Both the position numbers and the translations under genes were made by a program. The notes under the pieces are model-generated. The model was not told the DNA's origin, did not search any database, and saw only the letters and a program-made list of their open reading frames with translations. From Marsupella aquatica (Eukaryota > Plantae > Marchantiophyta), in the NCBI GenBank assembly GCA_973895155.1, contig OZ316892.1, positions 18,466,357 through 18,530,356 of the forward strand: a DNA stretch of 64,000 bases, given 5' to 3'. This document shows positions 1-12,920 of this stretch, in pieces. Numbering within the stretch: the stretch's first letter is position 1; each line of letters begins with the position of its first letter.

Positions 1-1640
1 ATAGCAAAACTTTTTGGGCCCACCTAGAAGGAGAAGAAAATATTCTCCAGTAAAATCAGTACATGCATATGAAAATCGAGGTGTCCCGTTTGTTTTAATT
101 TATGTTGTGGTCACTAGTTCTATTGCTGCATGAGTGATTTGGGCCAACGAGTCTGGAAGTGCATTTATGGCACTGTTAGGTGGTCCTGCCTGAGTGCTGA
201 GCCCATTGTATGAATGTAAATATTAAGCTTGCAAAGAGTTAAACCTCCAAGAGGCTGTTCGATCAGTGCTAGACCCCAGGAGTTGGGTGGAAGAGGGGCC
301 AAGATTGAACCTTGTTTGAGGTGATTATTGTTTGGACACAAACCCCACCCAAAAGTGGTTACTTGATTCACTGTTTTTGACTCTTAAGAGAGTAGAGATT
401 TATGGGTGAAACACAAAATGAAAAGTGTTATTTGATAGACCCATGAATAGTCCAGACTGTTGATATAGACCTCAATTGTACCCAAAAATTCAGGGGGTCC
501 ATACATACTTTCATTTTTGAGATTCAAGTACATCTCCTTCTAGAAGAAAAATGGCAACGCACAATCCAAATGCTATAAATGCATTTCGACGGAGTCGTCT
601 CCCTAAATCATGGGTGCCAAAACTTTATTTCTTTAATTAAGGATCAAATCTACTGTACAAGTTAACCCCAGAAATTAGGCGCCAAGTAGCAATGATGTTC
701 TGCTTGAAACAAAGCAAACAATAATTGATTTTGTTTTGTCTTCCATGGAACGCTTTACTTCAAGTGGAAAAAGCCACCAGGCAATGCTCTAATTGTACTT
801 GAACAGTGCAAATAGGACAAACATAAAGGTAGGTGTAAATCTGAACGACACACGGCCCATGATCGAACCTTAAGGAAATCTTAATTGGGGGTTAACTAGC
901 GGCCCACAACCGCATACCGTATCAATGATGACCGTATCTAGAGGTATCCAGGGCCATAATCAACCACCAAGCATCCTGTTGGGCGCATGTTCTTCGGAAG
1001 AGACCTCGTGTTCGAATCTCGTTCGCGATAACTATTGTGGCCTTTATGGGCTGCTTGTGCTACCTGCCAATCCAATACAGTACTAGATATACAGGGGTAC
1101 CCGTTACCATCGATTACTGGACTCCCGTCATAATTTCGGAGGGCTGAGATGTATTCCGGAAATATTTGAGGGGCATTGAGACCGTCGATGTCAAGATTAT
1201 CCGGGCCGTATATCAGAGATTGAGAAGGGTCGAGAGGAGCTGGAGTATGAATCATGAATTTGGAGTTAGTAATCAGCAGAACCAAAACGTTGCTATTCGG
1301 GGTGGTCTTCGTAGATCTGTGGCCTATTGGCGTTTCGGGTATGTTTGCATCAGTAGTCGAGCTCAATGAGAGACATGTCAGGTGGCAGTAGTTACGTAAC
1401 AGACGTTACTGTCTTGACCCACGTACCTACGGTAGCTTGCACGGACCGGTACTGTAATATGTCATAGACTTGGTTTTCAGATCTGTTTTGTTCCAATTTT
1501 GAAAATCTAAGAAGTTGCTTTTCAGGGTTTGCACTAGGGCCTAAGGTCAGGCGTGAGTAACCAGTGTGGTGAGTGCCCACTACTGTAGCTTGCCTAAGAA
1601 GAGGCGACAAAGTCATGGATCCATGTCTCAGCCCACCCAA

Positions 1641-1811
1641 TAGGGCATGTTAAAGCAAGGCTGTAACTCAATTACAAGTCAGGACATAAATTATTTTTAT
1701 GGCCAAGACAAGATCACTGAGAGAAACCAAAATACATATCTCATAAGCAATTTACGTCCAAATATGCACAGCTGTAAGATTCTACTTACTGGAGAACTTT
1801 GACATGCCCTA
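1641..1811. mobile_element. MITE, short copy of the family also found at 19134-19459
   Basis: Terminal inverted repeats TAGGGCATGTTAAAG ... CTTTGACATGCCCTA. The left end (ggctgtaactc...aggacataaa...ttatggcc) is colinear with the 19134 element. No clear long TSD. Confidence 0.65.
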
Positions 1812-3830
1812 ATGTTTGTTTCAGGTGAGCAGTCGGATCCATCCATAAAGTCCAGCTGACAACAAATCTAGCTCCTCTAAGAGAAGGTTTGGAAAATTCA
1901 AACCAGCCAGTAAGAAAAGCAAGTGAAGGAAATTAGGGTCATTCAAGAAGTAACTGAACTGAGTATTAACTAACTATTAGCAGATGTGAATAATTGTCTG
2001 CGGGGGAGTTGAACCCCTTCCATGCCTCCAAAGACACAATCATACTGCCAAAGAGCTGGCGAACTGGTACACTCTCTTGTACATAGGTTGATAGGTATGT
2101 GACGAGAGGAGTAGGTGGTGACCAGGTACATTGCTGTGAGGAGAGGTACATTGCTGTGCGCGTCTCTTGGGATGGGGTTGGCAAGCCTGTTCAGCCAACC
2201 TTCAGAGTCCTATCGAGTACACCCGCTGTCGCCTCCGCATGTGGCAGGAATTTCAATTTTTTTCCCAAAAGTTCCTTGTTAAAGTGGCACGATGAAATCC
2301 CAAGGCAGGATTTGGCAAATTTAAGCCAATAAGAAGAGCTGGTGTGGATGTACCTCTCGAAGACCATCCATGAATGTATTTTCAATTATCTTGAATGAAT
2401 TCTTTTTAGTTCTAAGAAAAAGGGCGACGAGTACAGTGGTGGGAAATGATGCTCCCACAGATCGAGCCTGTGAACCATGCAACCCACATGCACTTTTACA
2501 CATTTATTCATTGACACCTTCTCAGTTCCAAAAGTTTTCAAGAGCATAGTTTAACCTTCAATATCTCCTGTGGTATCCAACTCTATTGTAAAAAAAATTG
2601 AATTTTCATTTATTTTAAAATCCAACTGTAGTGTCTCTCCTTGAGCTAGGTAGATGCAGCTTGAAAGATCTCTCTAAAGAACTCAGTATCGTCAAATTTC
2701 ATTGGGAATGAGAAACACAAGTTTCTAAAGATCTCCATCTTGCCATATTCACTCACCGGACATAAGTACTGAATGAACAGAAAAGAGGGTTTTGCTGCAC
2801 TCTGTTTGGATTCCAAATATCTATCTGAGCATTTTGGAGAACATGGCTGCAGGGCTTCAACTTCAGAGTGATGGAGTATTTTTTTTCTTGTTTTGACAAA
2901 GAGGAAACATGTTAGACTTTCTGCTGGTCAGCTTGTGTATTTGGCGCGGTTATGCCCTCAGCTTTATAGAACAAGAGTGAAATGCAAAAGTTGTAGGTTT
3001 AAGGGCTTTCAGACAGATTGCCTTGCGTGACCCTCCTATGCGATTTGACTTCAGAGCTTTACCAGGATTTTGAGTCTTCCATTAGGTAGAGTTATTGTCT
3101 TCTCTTGTCTTTTGTGAGATTTTTTGTCATTTGAGGTTGGTGGGGACTCTCAAGCGAGTGGGGCCTCTTTTGGTATTCTTGTGATCTCTCCCTTCTCTTC
3201 TTTCTCCCCTTTATTGGGGCTTTTTCTGTTGGAATTTTGTGTCCAATTTCTTGGACAGTTTGATGTATACGACACATTCCAATGACTCAATGGGAGTATT
3301 GTGATCAGGAGTCATATCATACATTCTCTCTCCACAATTTCAGTGAAAACTACAAATGTTTAACCTGTCACTAGTCAGAAACTCACAAAATTGACACATG
3401 CATTGCAGATTCACTGGAGGAATTTGCTTAGTGGGATCTGTCTGAAAATAGTAGACTCTGGTCCAACCCCAGGCCAAATTGCATGTGAGCAGCCCTCAAG
3501 CATGCTGCCCTTTGCACTCGCAGTACTTTTGGGAAAATGTAGCACTTCCTTGATAACACAGTCTAACACAAATTTGCCTCCTTGCTGCCCAACTACAACA
3601 GAATTTACAACAGGTGTAGAGTTCTTTTTGTTCTATTACGATGCAAAGGTTGGGACCTGCAAGGCTGGAAAATTTCCAGCCCTTGCCTTCAAAATTGAAT
3701 GGATTTTGCTGTTAGGCCTGGTGCATGAGGAGGTTCAGCCTGCTTTCTCTCGCTTGGTGATAGGATGGCATGTGTGAGGTTTAGGGTCGAATTGTGAAGG
3801 GCCCCTCACATGAGAGTTGGGCCTAAGCCA

Positions 3831-3915
3831 GAGCCAATAAGTCTAGAAGAACTTGATTTGACTCCCAAAGTAAGAGCCAATAAATCTAGAACAACTTGAT
3901 TTGACTCCAAAAATA
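3831..3915. repeat. ~43-bp tandem duplication
   Basis: gagccaataa(g/a)tctagaa(g/c)aacttgatttgactcc occurs twice in tandem. Confidence 0.8.
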
Positions 3916-4926
3916 GGTCCCAGCTGGGGGAACCTGCAACAGCCGGGTAAGGATTTTGGCAGGGGATGAGGGTGGAATGGGGGAGGTGAAGGTTGGGGAG
4001 AGGTTGGGGAGAGGATGGGGAGTAGGGCCCAAGCTGTTCCAATCCATCATTTTCATGCAGGTTGTTGCATTTTTTATTGGGATCTTGTTGTCATTGATTT
4101 GGAGCTCAATATCAAGGATTTTACTCTAAGGGAGGTCTCACATCAAGCACAATGCTTGGGTAACAAGAGCATCTCCATCGGTTACTGGGTTGGTCTACTG
4201 GGTTGGTCTACTCTAATGCTATGTTGACCAAACCCAATAAGGTTCAACAACAAGGCAACCCCAATGGGTTACTCTAACGCTATTCATTTCTCACCTTATT
4301 TGTTTTTTGGTTACTAGATCTGTATATGAGCTACTCTATAGCACATTGACTAAATACAAGAATCATTCCTGGGTTCTCCAAGATCAAATGATTAGCATCC
4401 AAGGGTGGATATGTCAGGAGATAATAGTAATCCCAGTAACCATTGGGTTTGCTTTTTGACATATAATTGTTGATATATAGAGCAACCTTACAAAAGACAA
4501 GCTTTTAATGTATAGCGTAATCAAATAGTGTACACGGTTAAAGATGCTCTAAACACCCTAGAAATGTAAGAAATGTTTTTTGCAATACTTCCCCTTTCAA
4601 TTTTGGAATCTTCCAAAATTTAGTTTTTAAAATCCTATCTATATTCAAACTCCTCTAAACTGGACTAAAAGATCCATAATCCAGCCCCTAATTTTCTTTT
4701 ATAAATTTTTATTGGTCTTTTGCTTTACTCAATTACAAATCTACATACTTATTTGCACATGATGGGTTAGGAGAAAAGAAGTGAGGACCCTGGGTCGGAG
4801 CTTATGATCGACTTTGGCTAAAACTTTTGGTAGAACTCAATGACTTGTGCATCTATCGTTGTTGCTTGACTGTCTATTGTAAAACTAAACCTGCCTAACC
4901 AATTGCACTCTGAATTTGTTCTCAAA

Positions 4927-4990
4927 GTGCATAGCTGTCTGTAATCTCAATGTGCATAGCTGTCTGTAATCTTAATGTGCAAACTGTCTC
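4927..4990. repeat. ~25-bp tandem repeat, about 2.5 copies
   Basis: gtgcatagctgtctgtaatct(c/t)aat is repeated. Confidence 0.8.
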
Positions 4991-6722
4991 ATTGCCTGCC
5001 AAAGGACTCTACCACACACTCAATTTCTCCCCACACCCGATGTTTGCCTTGGAAAACTGATGGGCGAGGCTGGGCCTCTTGTGTTGTGCAAGGGCAATTT
5101 TGTTTGCTTAAACTTCCAATGGTTGCCTTGGAAACTGAGAGGAGAACTCCCTGTCCACTTTTGAGCCCTCACCCTCCCCCATGTCATGGACCCTCGTTCA
5201 ATGTCTAAATCCATGTAACAGTTCTCCATATTGAAACTACTTTTGGAGTCCCCCCAAGTGATTTTTGACCAGTTGGGGCTAGCTTAGTGGACTCCTTTCA
5301 GTTCAGGCCCCACCAAGGATGGTCTTCTATTGAGTTTTTTATTTCCACATTTTCAATTAGGCCATCTGTGTTGCAACATAGCTCAAGTGCATGACATGCA
5401 TTGCACAATATTCTCAATAATAAGTTATCAAATTTGAGTATAAGTGCTATCAAACATAAGTGAGATGGCCACACAATCGGATGTTGTGGCAAGTTGGCTT
5501 GACAATTGGATTTCAAGGAGAGGTTGAGTTGCGGGGAGGGTGACAGGTTGTTTTTGCGCAAGGTACACGGTGCACCTTTAGGCCCCTCCCAAGGCCCATC
5601 TCATGGTTAGGTAAGAATGTCATCATAATCAAACTGCCACGAGGCTCCCACCAAATGAAATTTCATATACAGACCATGAAATATTTACTTACCATCCTCA
5701 TATCATCTTTGCTTTTGAAAACATTATCCTTTGCATGAGCCTGCTCTGTTGGGAGGAAGGTTCCAAAATATGTGTATTGATCTCACCTCCCATAGACTTC
5801 ACAAATCTCAGGGTGGGTTTCAATTGACTATTAATGACAATTACTTTCTGAAACCTCAAGTGGTGGTGTTGTCTCATGGGAACAGGACATTTACTCCATA
5901 GCAACCCAACCTTTTAACCTTTGAAGATGCACTAAATTAATTTCTTTCCATTTGTTTTCCAAATTCTGAAAAGAATAAATACTGAACATACTCTTTCTCT
6001 TAGTGCTTACATATTTGATGAAAAAGTTTTATTTGGAATACTATTGAGGATGGGATTGGCACAAGGAACATGGATTTAGGACAGTCCTACCACGTAGACA
6101 ATTGTACAATGCACACACAATTGGCTGTGTAATCATCAATATCAAATGTAACGAACAAGGGTTCCTTTTCACCAGGCTTTGCCAAGACTAAAACAAATTG
6201 AATAACAAACCAATCTCCCTTAAAAATTGCTGGTCTGTGTTTCTTTATAGTACCAGTTCATACCAGGTGCCTACAGGAGAGGTTATGATTTCACATAGAC
6301 CTGCTAATAAATTAGCCAAGCATGGCTCTCTTTTCTTAATTAGCATGGAATGGGCCCGCTACTAAAACTAGTTGAATATAGGCTGACAAACATGGGTACA
6401 TTGCTTTTGCACACTGTGAGTTATTTATTCCATACTATTGCAAATCACAAGTTTTATACCTAACACATGTAGTAATATTAACCTGCTTAACCAATTGGAG
6501 ATGTAAGGCCGGCCATAGACACATTCTATAGATGCTTAAGTATTTATGTTAGAAGCCTCATAACCAACCTTTGTATATGAGGGTTTTCTTTCCCAATTCC
6601 ACACATTTGTTTTGGTATAAATGCTGATGGCAAAAATTGCTTGGTACATGGGAGTCCTGAAATGAAATGTTGTGAATGATCCAAGCATGTTTAAATAAAG
6701 TTTTGGACCAGCCTTCCTTGGT

Positions 6723-7960
6723 TTGTCAGTTCAGCCTATGAAGTATGGGTCTGGTCCCCTCTCCACTCTCAGGGTCTTTTACCTCCCTCTAGGTATACCT
6801 ATTTGGATTGAGGGTATCAGGGTTTTGGGGGTGCCCTTTTGTGTGCCTACCTTTGAGTGGGAGTTTTTGCAGGTTGTTCTATCGTGGGATCTTTTACACC
6901 TGAACCAATCGGGGCATCAGGGGATGTCAAATTACCTGCATGATTCTATCATATGCTTTGTCTGCCACCCATCTTATCTTCTCTGGACAGTCCTCCCACT
7001 GCTATGTTTATGTCTTTGCTCTCTTCATTTGATATTGTGGTGAGTGTTTATCGGCACGGAGAGGATGATTATTTGCTCTGCGATGGGCTGCACTTGCTCT
7101 GTCTTGGGGTGGCATGGTTTTTTTTATACATGAGTGTTCCTTGGTAGTTGAGCAGATGTGGCTCTTTCCCTTGGCTTCTTGCTTAATTGTGGACCTGTGG
7201 CCTACCTCTTGCCCAAGGATGTGCATAGCATGGTCCTTGCCTTCAAGGGAGTAATTTTGTATCATGCGGACCATATTCAGCAAGTGATTTTTGTTTGCAT
7301 GCTTGGTTACTCTTTTGAACATGCTATCATGTGGACTTTCAAACTTGGTCCGGGCTCACCTTTTGTCTTCTTCACACACCAGTGTTGGAGCGTGGCTTTC
7401 TGCTAGTCCAGTGTGGGGCTGTCCTAGATGAGTTCCTTCATCTTCCCCATATTTATGTACCTTGGGCTTGGTCCACCTCATGCATGCCTCTTGGGCCAAC
7501 TCACTTATGTTTGTGAGGTGTCTCCGGACAAGGGTCCATACTCTTTGGTGGGGTTGACATGGAAGTGAGAAGATTGCAACACACAATAACCTATGTGATG
7601 TGGCGGCAACCATTGCTCAGGACTCACTGCACCATATCTCAATGGAGCAATGACATGCGCTGCAACCTCGGGACAGGGTCCTTGAATGACAACGTGCTGG
7701 TCTGGCCTTTTCTAGGCCAAGAGTTTGGGCTCTCGGTGAGGCTCTAGGGGATGTGGTAGTTGCCGACCCTTCCATTGGACCCATGTTGCAGTGGCTGCCC
7801 ACGTGCCAAGACATACCACTGCCCGGCTTAAGGAGGAGGCTTTTGCTGAAATCTACCTCAAAGACTTTTTCTACCCATTTTCTTTGGTTTTTGGAGTCCT
7901 TCACCCAATCTTTGACAGCTTCTAACAAACCTGCATGGTTCTTTGTGTTGAGCAAAAAGG
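6723..7960 (+). mobile_element. Degenerate non-LTR retrotransposon relic (CRE/RLE-like 3' portion)
   Basis: Ordered remnants across frames: EGIRVLGVPF (RT thumb region), CF..HPSYLLWTV, HGSEKIATHNNLCDVAATIA (zinc-knuckle region), DVVVADPS and FGVLHP (endonuclease-like region). Many stops and frameshifts. Recognised by motif resemblance only. Confidence 0.5.
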
Positions 7961-8668
7961 CTTATATGCAGTTAATATCATGACAACTTTTTTTAGACAA
8001 TGTGTATTTGTTGCATTATAGAGGACTCAGACATTCTTCCATTCTTTTGAACGGGTGAGATGGTTGGTTTGAGGGCCATTAATCAAATTCTTTTAGTAGA
8101 CTATCCTATGGTTAGTTCTAGGGACTCTAGTCAAATCCCTCTACCAGACTCTCATGGAATTAACCTCAAAGCTCTGCCAGGCTTGTTGGCTGTCAATGTC
8201 CGGTTTTTTCGATGACCTCCCCTTTATTATTGGGTCCATTGCCTGCGTGATAGTGTACCCCACATGAACTACCTTTCGTTTTTTTGCATATATTTATATA
8301 TCTATATCTATATAAAATATAATTTTTGTTATAGAATGCGGAGTTAATTAACTCTGTCAACCGAAGGAAGGGTCAGTCCTTGGCTCGGCCGACGAACGTG
8401 GGATACCACAGACGGCGGGCAGACTGACGGACGGACGGATGCACCGTTTGAGGTACGAAACTAGGCGTGCCAGGCCGGCCGACGGATGAGATCGGGCGTT
8501 CGCGTCTGGCAGCAGAGGCACGGGCATCCGGCGGCGGTCGGGAATGGGTCGCCGTCGCCGATGTTGTTTGCAGGGCCCGGTTTTCGAGCAGACTGCGGGA
8601 CGTCAAATCCATCGCCGTCGGTGGTGTGTTTTGCAGGGCCCGGTTTCATTAGCGTTGTTGTTTAAAAC

Positions 8669-8712
8669 GAAGAAGAAGAAGAAGAAGAAGACGAAGGAGA
8701 CGAAGCAGAAGA
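8669..8712 (+). repeat. (GAA)n microsatellite in the CpG-rich region upstream of the ANKRD13-like gene
   Basis: gaagaagaagaagaagaagaagacgaaggagacgaagcagaag. Confidence 0.85.
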
Positions 8713-10194
8713 GTCCATCATGAGCTTGAGAGTCTTTGATTCTTTCAACTGCTGGACGAATCGGCTGAGCTTCTCTCTGGGCTGATGCGCTGCTGAGCTA
8801 TGGTGGCGGGGATCACAGAACACTAGACGAAGGACGGAGGAGGAAAAGAGGTTACGGAAGCGAAAGCGGGAGTGGTGCTTGCGCGGCAATGTGGAGGGGC
8901 AGAGGAGGGAGGGGAACGGTGACATTTGTAGTCTAAGTGCAGTGTGGCAGTGTTAAAAAGCGGTTGGTTGAGGTGTTGAAGGTGGTGATTTAGAAAATCA
9001 AGTCTTCTTTACCGACGACGACGGGCAGTCGGTCGATGGAACGAATTAGACGCAACTGACGAACGACGAGCTCAGCTTTGGTGTGAAGCGGAGGAGCGAG
9101 CGAAGCTGCAGCAGCAGCAGCGGGAGGGAGGGAGGGAGCGAGGAAGAAGACGGGCAGCGAAACGAGCAGCTTGTGGTTGTCCGCGGGAGGGAAGGAGGGA
9201 GGAGGTGAACGAGGAGAATGGAGGCGGGATAAGGATGATGAGTTCGGTGGCTGTCATGGCGATGGTGAAACTGGAAGCAAAGCGTTATTGTTGTTTCTTG
9301 GTATGTTGATGTGCGAAATAGAAGGTGACAGGGTTACTAGTAGGATACTGCAGGAGCGGGCGGGACCGGAGTTGGACGGAGGGGAAACGAGAAACAAGAA
9401 GAGCTGACTACTGTAGAGGACACAGGGAAAGACTGGGATAAACAATATCTAAGTGCGACTGTAGTCTCACAGAGTGCGCGCGAAGGTGAGGCTGGGGCAG
9501 CAGTGTCTATTGACTGCAGCATCTTTTGGTCGTGCTTCGTCCGCTGTGCTTCGTTGAATTGTGGTGCTGTCAGGTGCTTGCCTCGAAGGACTCGGGAGGC
9601 GGGGGTCCGAAGTCGGACGGTCCTCCACTGATTCGCGAAGGAAGCAAGTAGCTGTAATTTTGGCTTGCTGTACAGTAGCAAGGAAGGCCAATAGTTTCTA
9701 ATATGAAAGGATGTTGCAGCCATGAAATGTTGGACAGGCAGCGGTCGGTAGCGCTTGCTGCAGGGGCGTTGATTACTGCGTCCTGCTCTCGCTCTGTTTC
9801 CGCTTGATTGATGTCTTGAGCAAATATGCGGGTGCTGTTCTTGTCACGTTGGCCAGTTTCTTGGTCAGGGGCGTGCTTGTTCACTTGTGTTGCCAGTGTA
9901 ACCCGGTATTCGTTGCCTTAGATAATTTTGTAGGACGTTGGGGCCGTAAATTGATAGGACTGTCTATCTTGACTTTGTTTCGGTGCTACGTGGTTCCTTG
10001 ACTTGTTGTCAACTTCGAGTGAAGGCGTCTGGGAGCTTTCACAGGACCGGAGGCCAACCTTAGCAAAACTTAGGTCTACCGGGAAAAGGTTGCCTGCGGG
10101 ACGTCCCAGTTTCCCACTCGTCCTGTGACTGCCTCGGGAGGAGACAGTTGTAATAGCACACATGCATTGATTGGCTCAAAGAGAGGCATTCGAG

Positions 10195-12920
10195 ATGGCT
10201 GGGTTGACGACGGAGGAGATATCCAAGTTTGGGCACAGCCCCGCTCATTTAGCTATTGCTCGCCACGATCATAGCACACTGAGGCGCATTCTGGCATCCG
10301 TGCCCCTCCCGGCAAAGGCAGGCGAGGTCTGTACAGAAGAGCAGTCGATTTTAGCAGAGAAGAGAGCCGACGAGGCGTCCACCGTAATCGATCGCAGGGA
10401 TGTACCAGGACGGGAGACGCCTCTGCATCTGGCCGTTAGGTTGGGGGATCCCGATGCGGTCGAAATGCTCATGGCTGCTGGAGCGGATTGGAGCTTGCAG
10501 AACGAGCACGGTTGGAGCGCCCTGCAGGAGGCTGTGTGCGCGAGAGAGGATACTATTGCGATGATTATTACCAGGTACTACCAGCCAATGGCATGGGCGA
10601 AATGGTGTCGGCGTCTGCCTCGTCTAACGGGCGCCATGCGCCGCATGAGGGACTTCTACATGGAGCTGACATTCCACTTTGAGAGCTCGGTGATTCCCTT
10701 CATTGGCAGAATTGCTCCATCCGACACGTACAGAATATGGAAGCGTGGCTCCAATCTCAGGGCGGACATGACTCTCGCAGGTTTTGACGGTTTTAGGATT
10801 CATAGGTCTGATCAGAGTTTCTTGTTCTTAGGGGATGGCAGCGAGGATGGCAAGCTGCCCGCAGGGTCGTTGTGCGTGCTGAGCCACAAGGAAAAAGAAG
10901 TGATGAATGCTCTGGACGGGGCAGGCGTTCAGCCGTCCGAAGCGGAAATTGCACAAGAGGTCGCGGCAATGTCTCAGACCAACATGTACAGGCCGGGCAT
11001 CGATGTTACACAAGCTGAACTCGTCTCTCATTTGACCTGGAGGCGTCAGGAAAGGACGGAGATGGTCGGCGCCTGGAAGGCCAAAATTTATGATATGCAC
11101 AATGTGATGGTTAGTGTTAGGTCGAGAAGAGTCCCGGGGGCAATGACGGACGAAGAGCTCTTCGCCGTGGAAGGCGATAGACACGACGGAGTAGACTTCG
11201 ATGAGGACTACACCGATGTCTTAACAACAGAGGAGAAGCTTCAGTTAGAGAGTGCACTGAGGCGCGACAATTTTGATATCGCGGACGACGGAGGCTTCGA
11301 CGACGGGCTGGGGAGACCGGGCAAAGCAGGAGGGCTGCAAAATGGAAGTTACGATAGTTTTGAAGAAGATGTAGAGGTTGTAGATGAAGATTACAACTTT
11401 CATTCTTCTCCGTCTCCGTTTGTTGAACGTCGCGAACATCAGGACGCGGCAGTCTTGCTGTCCGCGAATAACAGTAACGAGAAGAAGGGATGGTTTGGTT
11501 GGGGTAGGAAAAGCGTTAAGGTTGAGAGAAAGAGCTCGGCACCTCTCGTAGAAGAGAAGCCGTCGTCGAGCGCTGAGCCTCCACGAAGAGTGTCGAGACA
11601 TCCAGGAGGGACTATACGGGAATCCACAGGACATCGGAGGTCCGTCGATTGCAGAGGATCGGAGCGGCAACTGGAGATCTTGGAGAGCAGGGGTAGGCAT
11701 TCTGTAGACGTCTGTGCCGGTAGGAGAGCTTCGGTGGACAGGAGAGCTTCCTCGTATACTCGAGAGGACGATTCTCTAATCCCTTCTAGGAGAGGAGGAA
11801 AAGACAGCAAGCTGACGACCAAGAAGTCGATCAAGGAGCCTATTCGAAGGCGCAAAACTGAAAGTAGTCATGAGAGCGAGTATAAGAAAGGATTGCGGCC
11901 GGTGCTGTGGTTGACTCCGGACTTCCCCCTGCAAACGGAAGAGCTATTACCTCTCCTAGACATTCTTGCCAATAAGGTCAAAGCCGTCCGAAGGTTAAGG
12001 GAGCTGCTGACCACGAAGATGCCTCCAGGAACTTTTCCCGTGAAGGTGTGCACATGCACATCTCGTTTTTTATTATCGTTCTTTGAATTGTGGTTTCATT
12101 GATGACGAGCAAGATTGTCTATGATTGTTATTGCTACCTTATAGGAGGTTTTGTGCAGTTGTAGTGTTTGGCTCTTTCTGGTGGGGGCATTTTTCCAGAC
12201 AGTATATCTTTGATTCGTTTTTCTTTTACGGGTGTGACTGAAGTTTGATAGTGTAGTGGGACGGTGAGAGGCGTTTTATATTTAGAAAGAGGTTTTAGTG
12301 GTTTGTGCAGGAGGTCAGTTGTTTAACTCTCCTGCAACGTTGTAGTATTTCTGGGACGGTGAGAGGTCCGTCAGAGTGAGGGAGAGTGAAAATTACAGAG
12401 TTAGTTTTGAATAATTTTAGCATCAGGGGGTAACTTATAGTTTGTGCCGTTTCTATGAACTGTTACAGAACTTGTCCGTCCATTTATCAGATGTGCTGAC
12501 ATGGGGCAATTTTGGGTATGTACGCAGGTCGCCATTCCTGTGGTCCCAACCATCAGAGTTGTCATCACTTTCACCAAGTTCGAGGAGCTCAAGTCCTCCG
12601 AAGAATTCAGTACACCCGTATCAAGTCCTGGGCACTTTCAAGATTCAAAGGAGAAAGAGGGTGATGGTCAAAACGCTTCAGGGGCATCGTGGTTTTCATG
12701 GATGAGGGGCGGTTCGCAAAACCAGGGGACCAATGGTGCTACATACTTGGAGGACCAAATAGAGCAGGAGGTAGATCCTTTCGAGATTCCAAGCGACTAC
12801 CAATGGGTTGACATGAATGAAAAAAAGAGACGCATGAAAGAGAAGAAGGGTAAGACCAAGAAAGGAAAGAAGCCTGTCAGATCTAGAGCAGATATGGAAA
12901 GTGACAATGACACGATGTAG
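10195..12920 (+). CDS. Ankyrin repeat domain-containing protein 13-like (ankyrin repeats plus DUF3424/GPCR_chapero_1 domain), two coding exons, ~747 aa
   Basis: Exon 1 10195-12045 (ATG of MAGLTTEEISKFGHSPAH; ETPLHLAV ankyrin repeat; DFYMELTFHFESSVIPF; WKRGSNLRADMTLAGF). GT..AG intron 12046-12527. Exon 2 12528-12920 joins in frame to give PPGTFPVK|VAIPVVPTIRVVITFTKFEEL, typical of plant ANKRD13-like proteins. Confidence 0.93.

Noticed and set aside
938-2503. Short minus-strand ORFs (142 aa and smaller) as genes or transposase
   Set aside because: No recognisable motifs or consistent splice structure.
8373-10163. Multiple short ORFs upstream of the ankyrin gene as separate genes
   Set aside because: GC-rich promoter/5' UTR-like sequence with simple repeats and no domain evidence.
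10171-10194. ORF-track start of the ankyrin gene at 10171 and its end at 12102
   Set aside because: 10171 is TTG and the first ATG is at 10195; the last ~18 codons are intron read-through.
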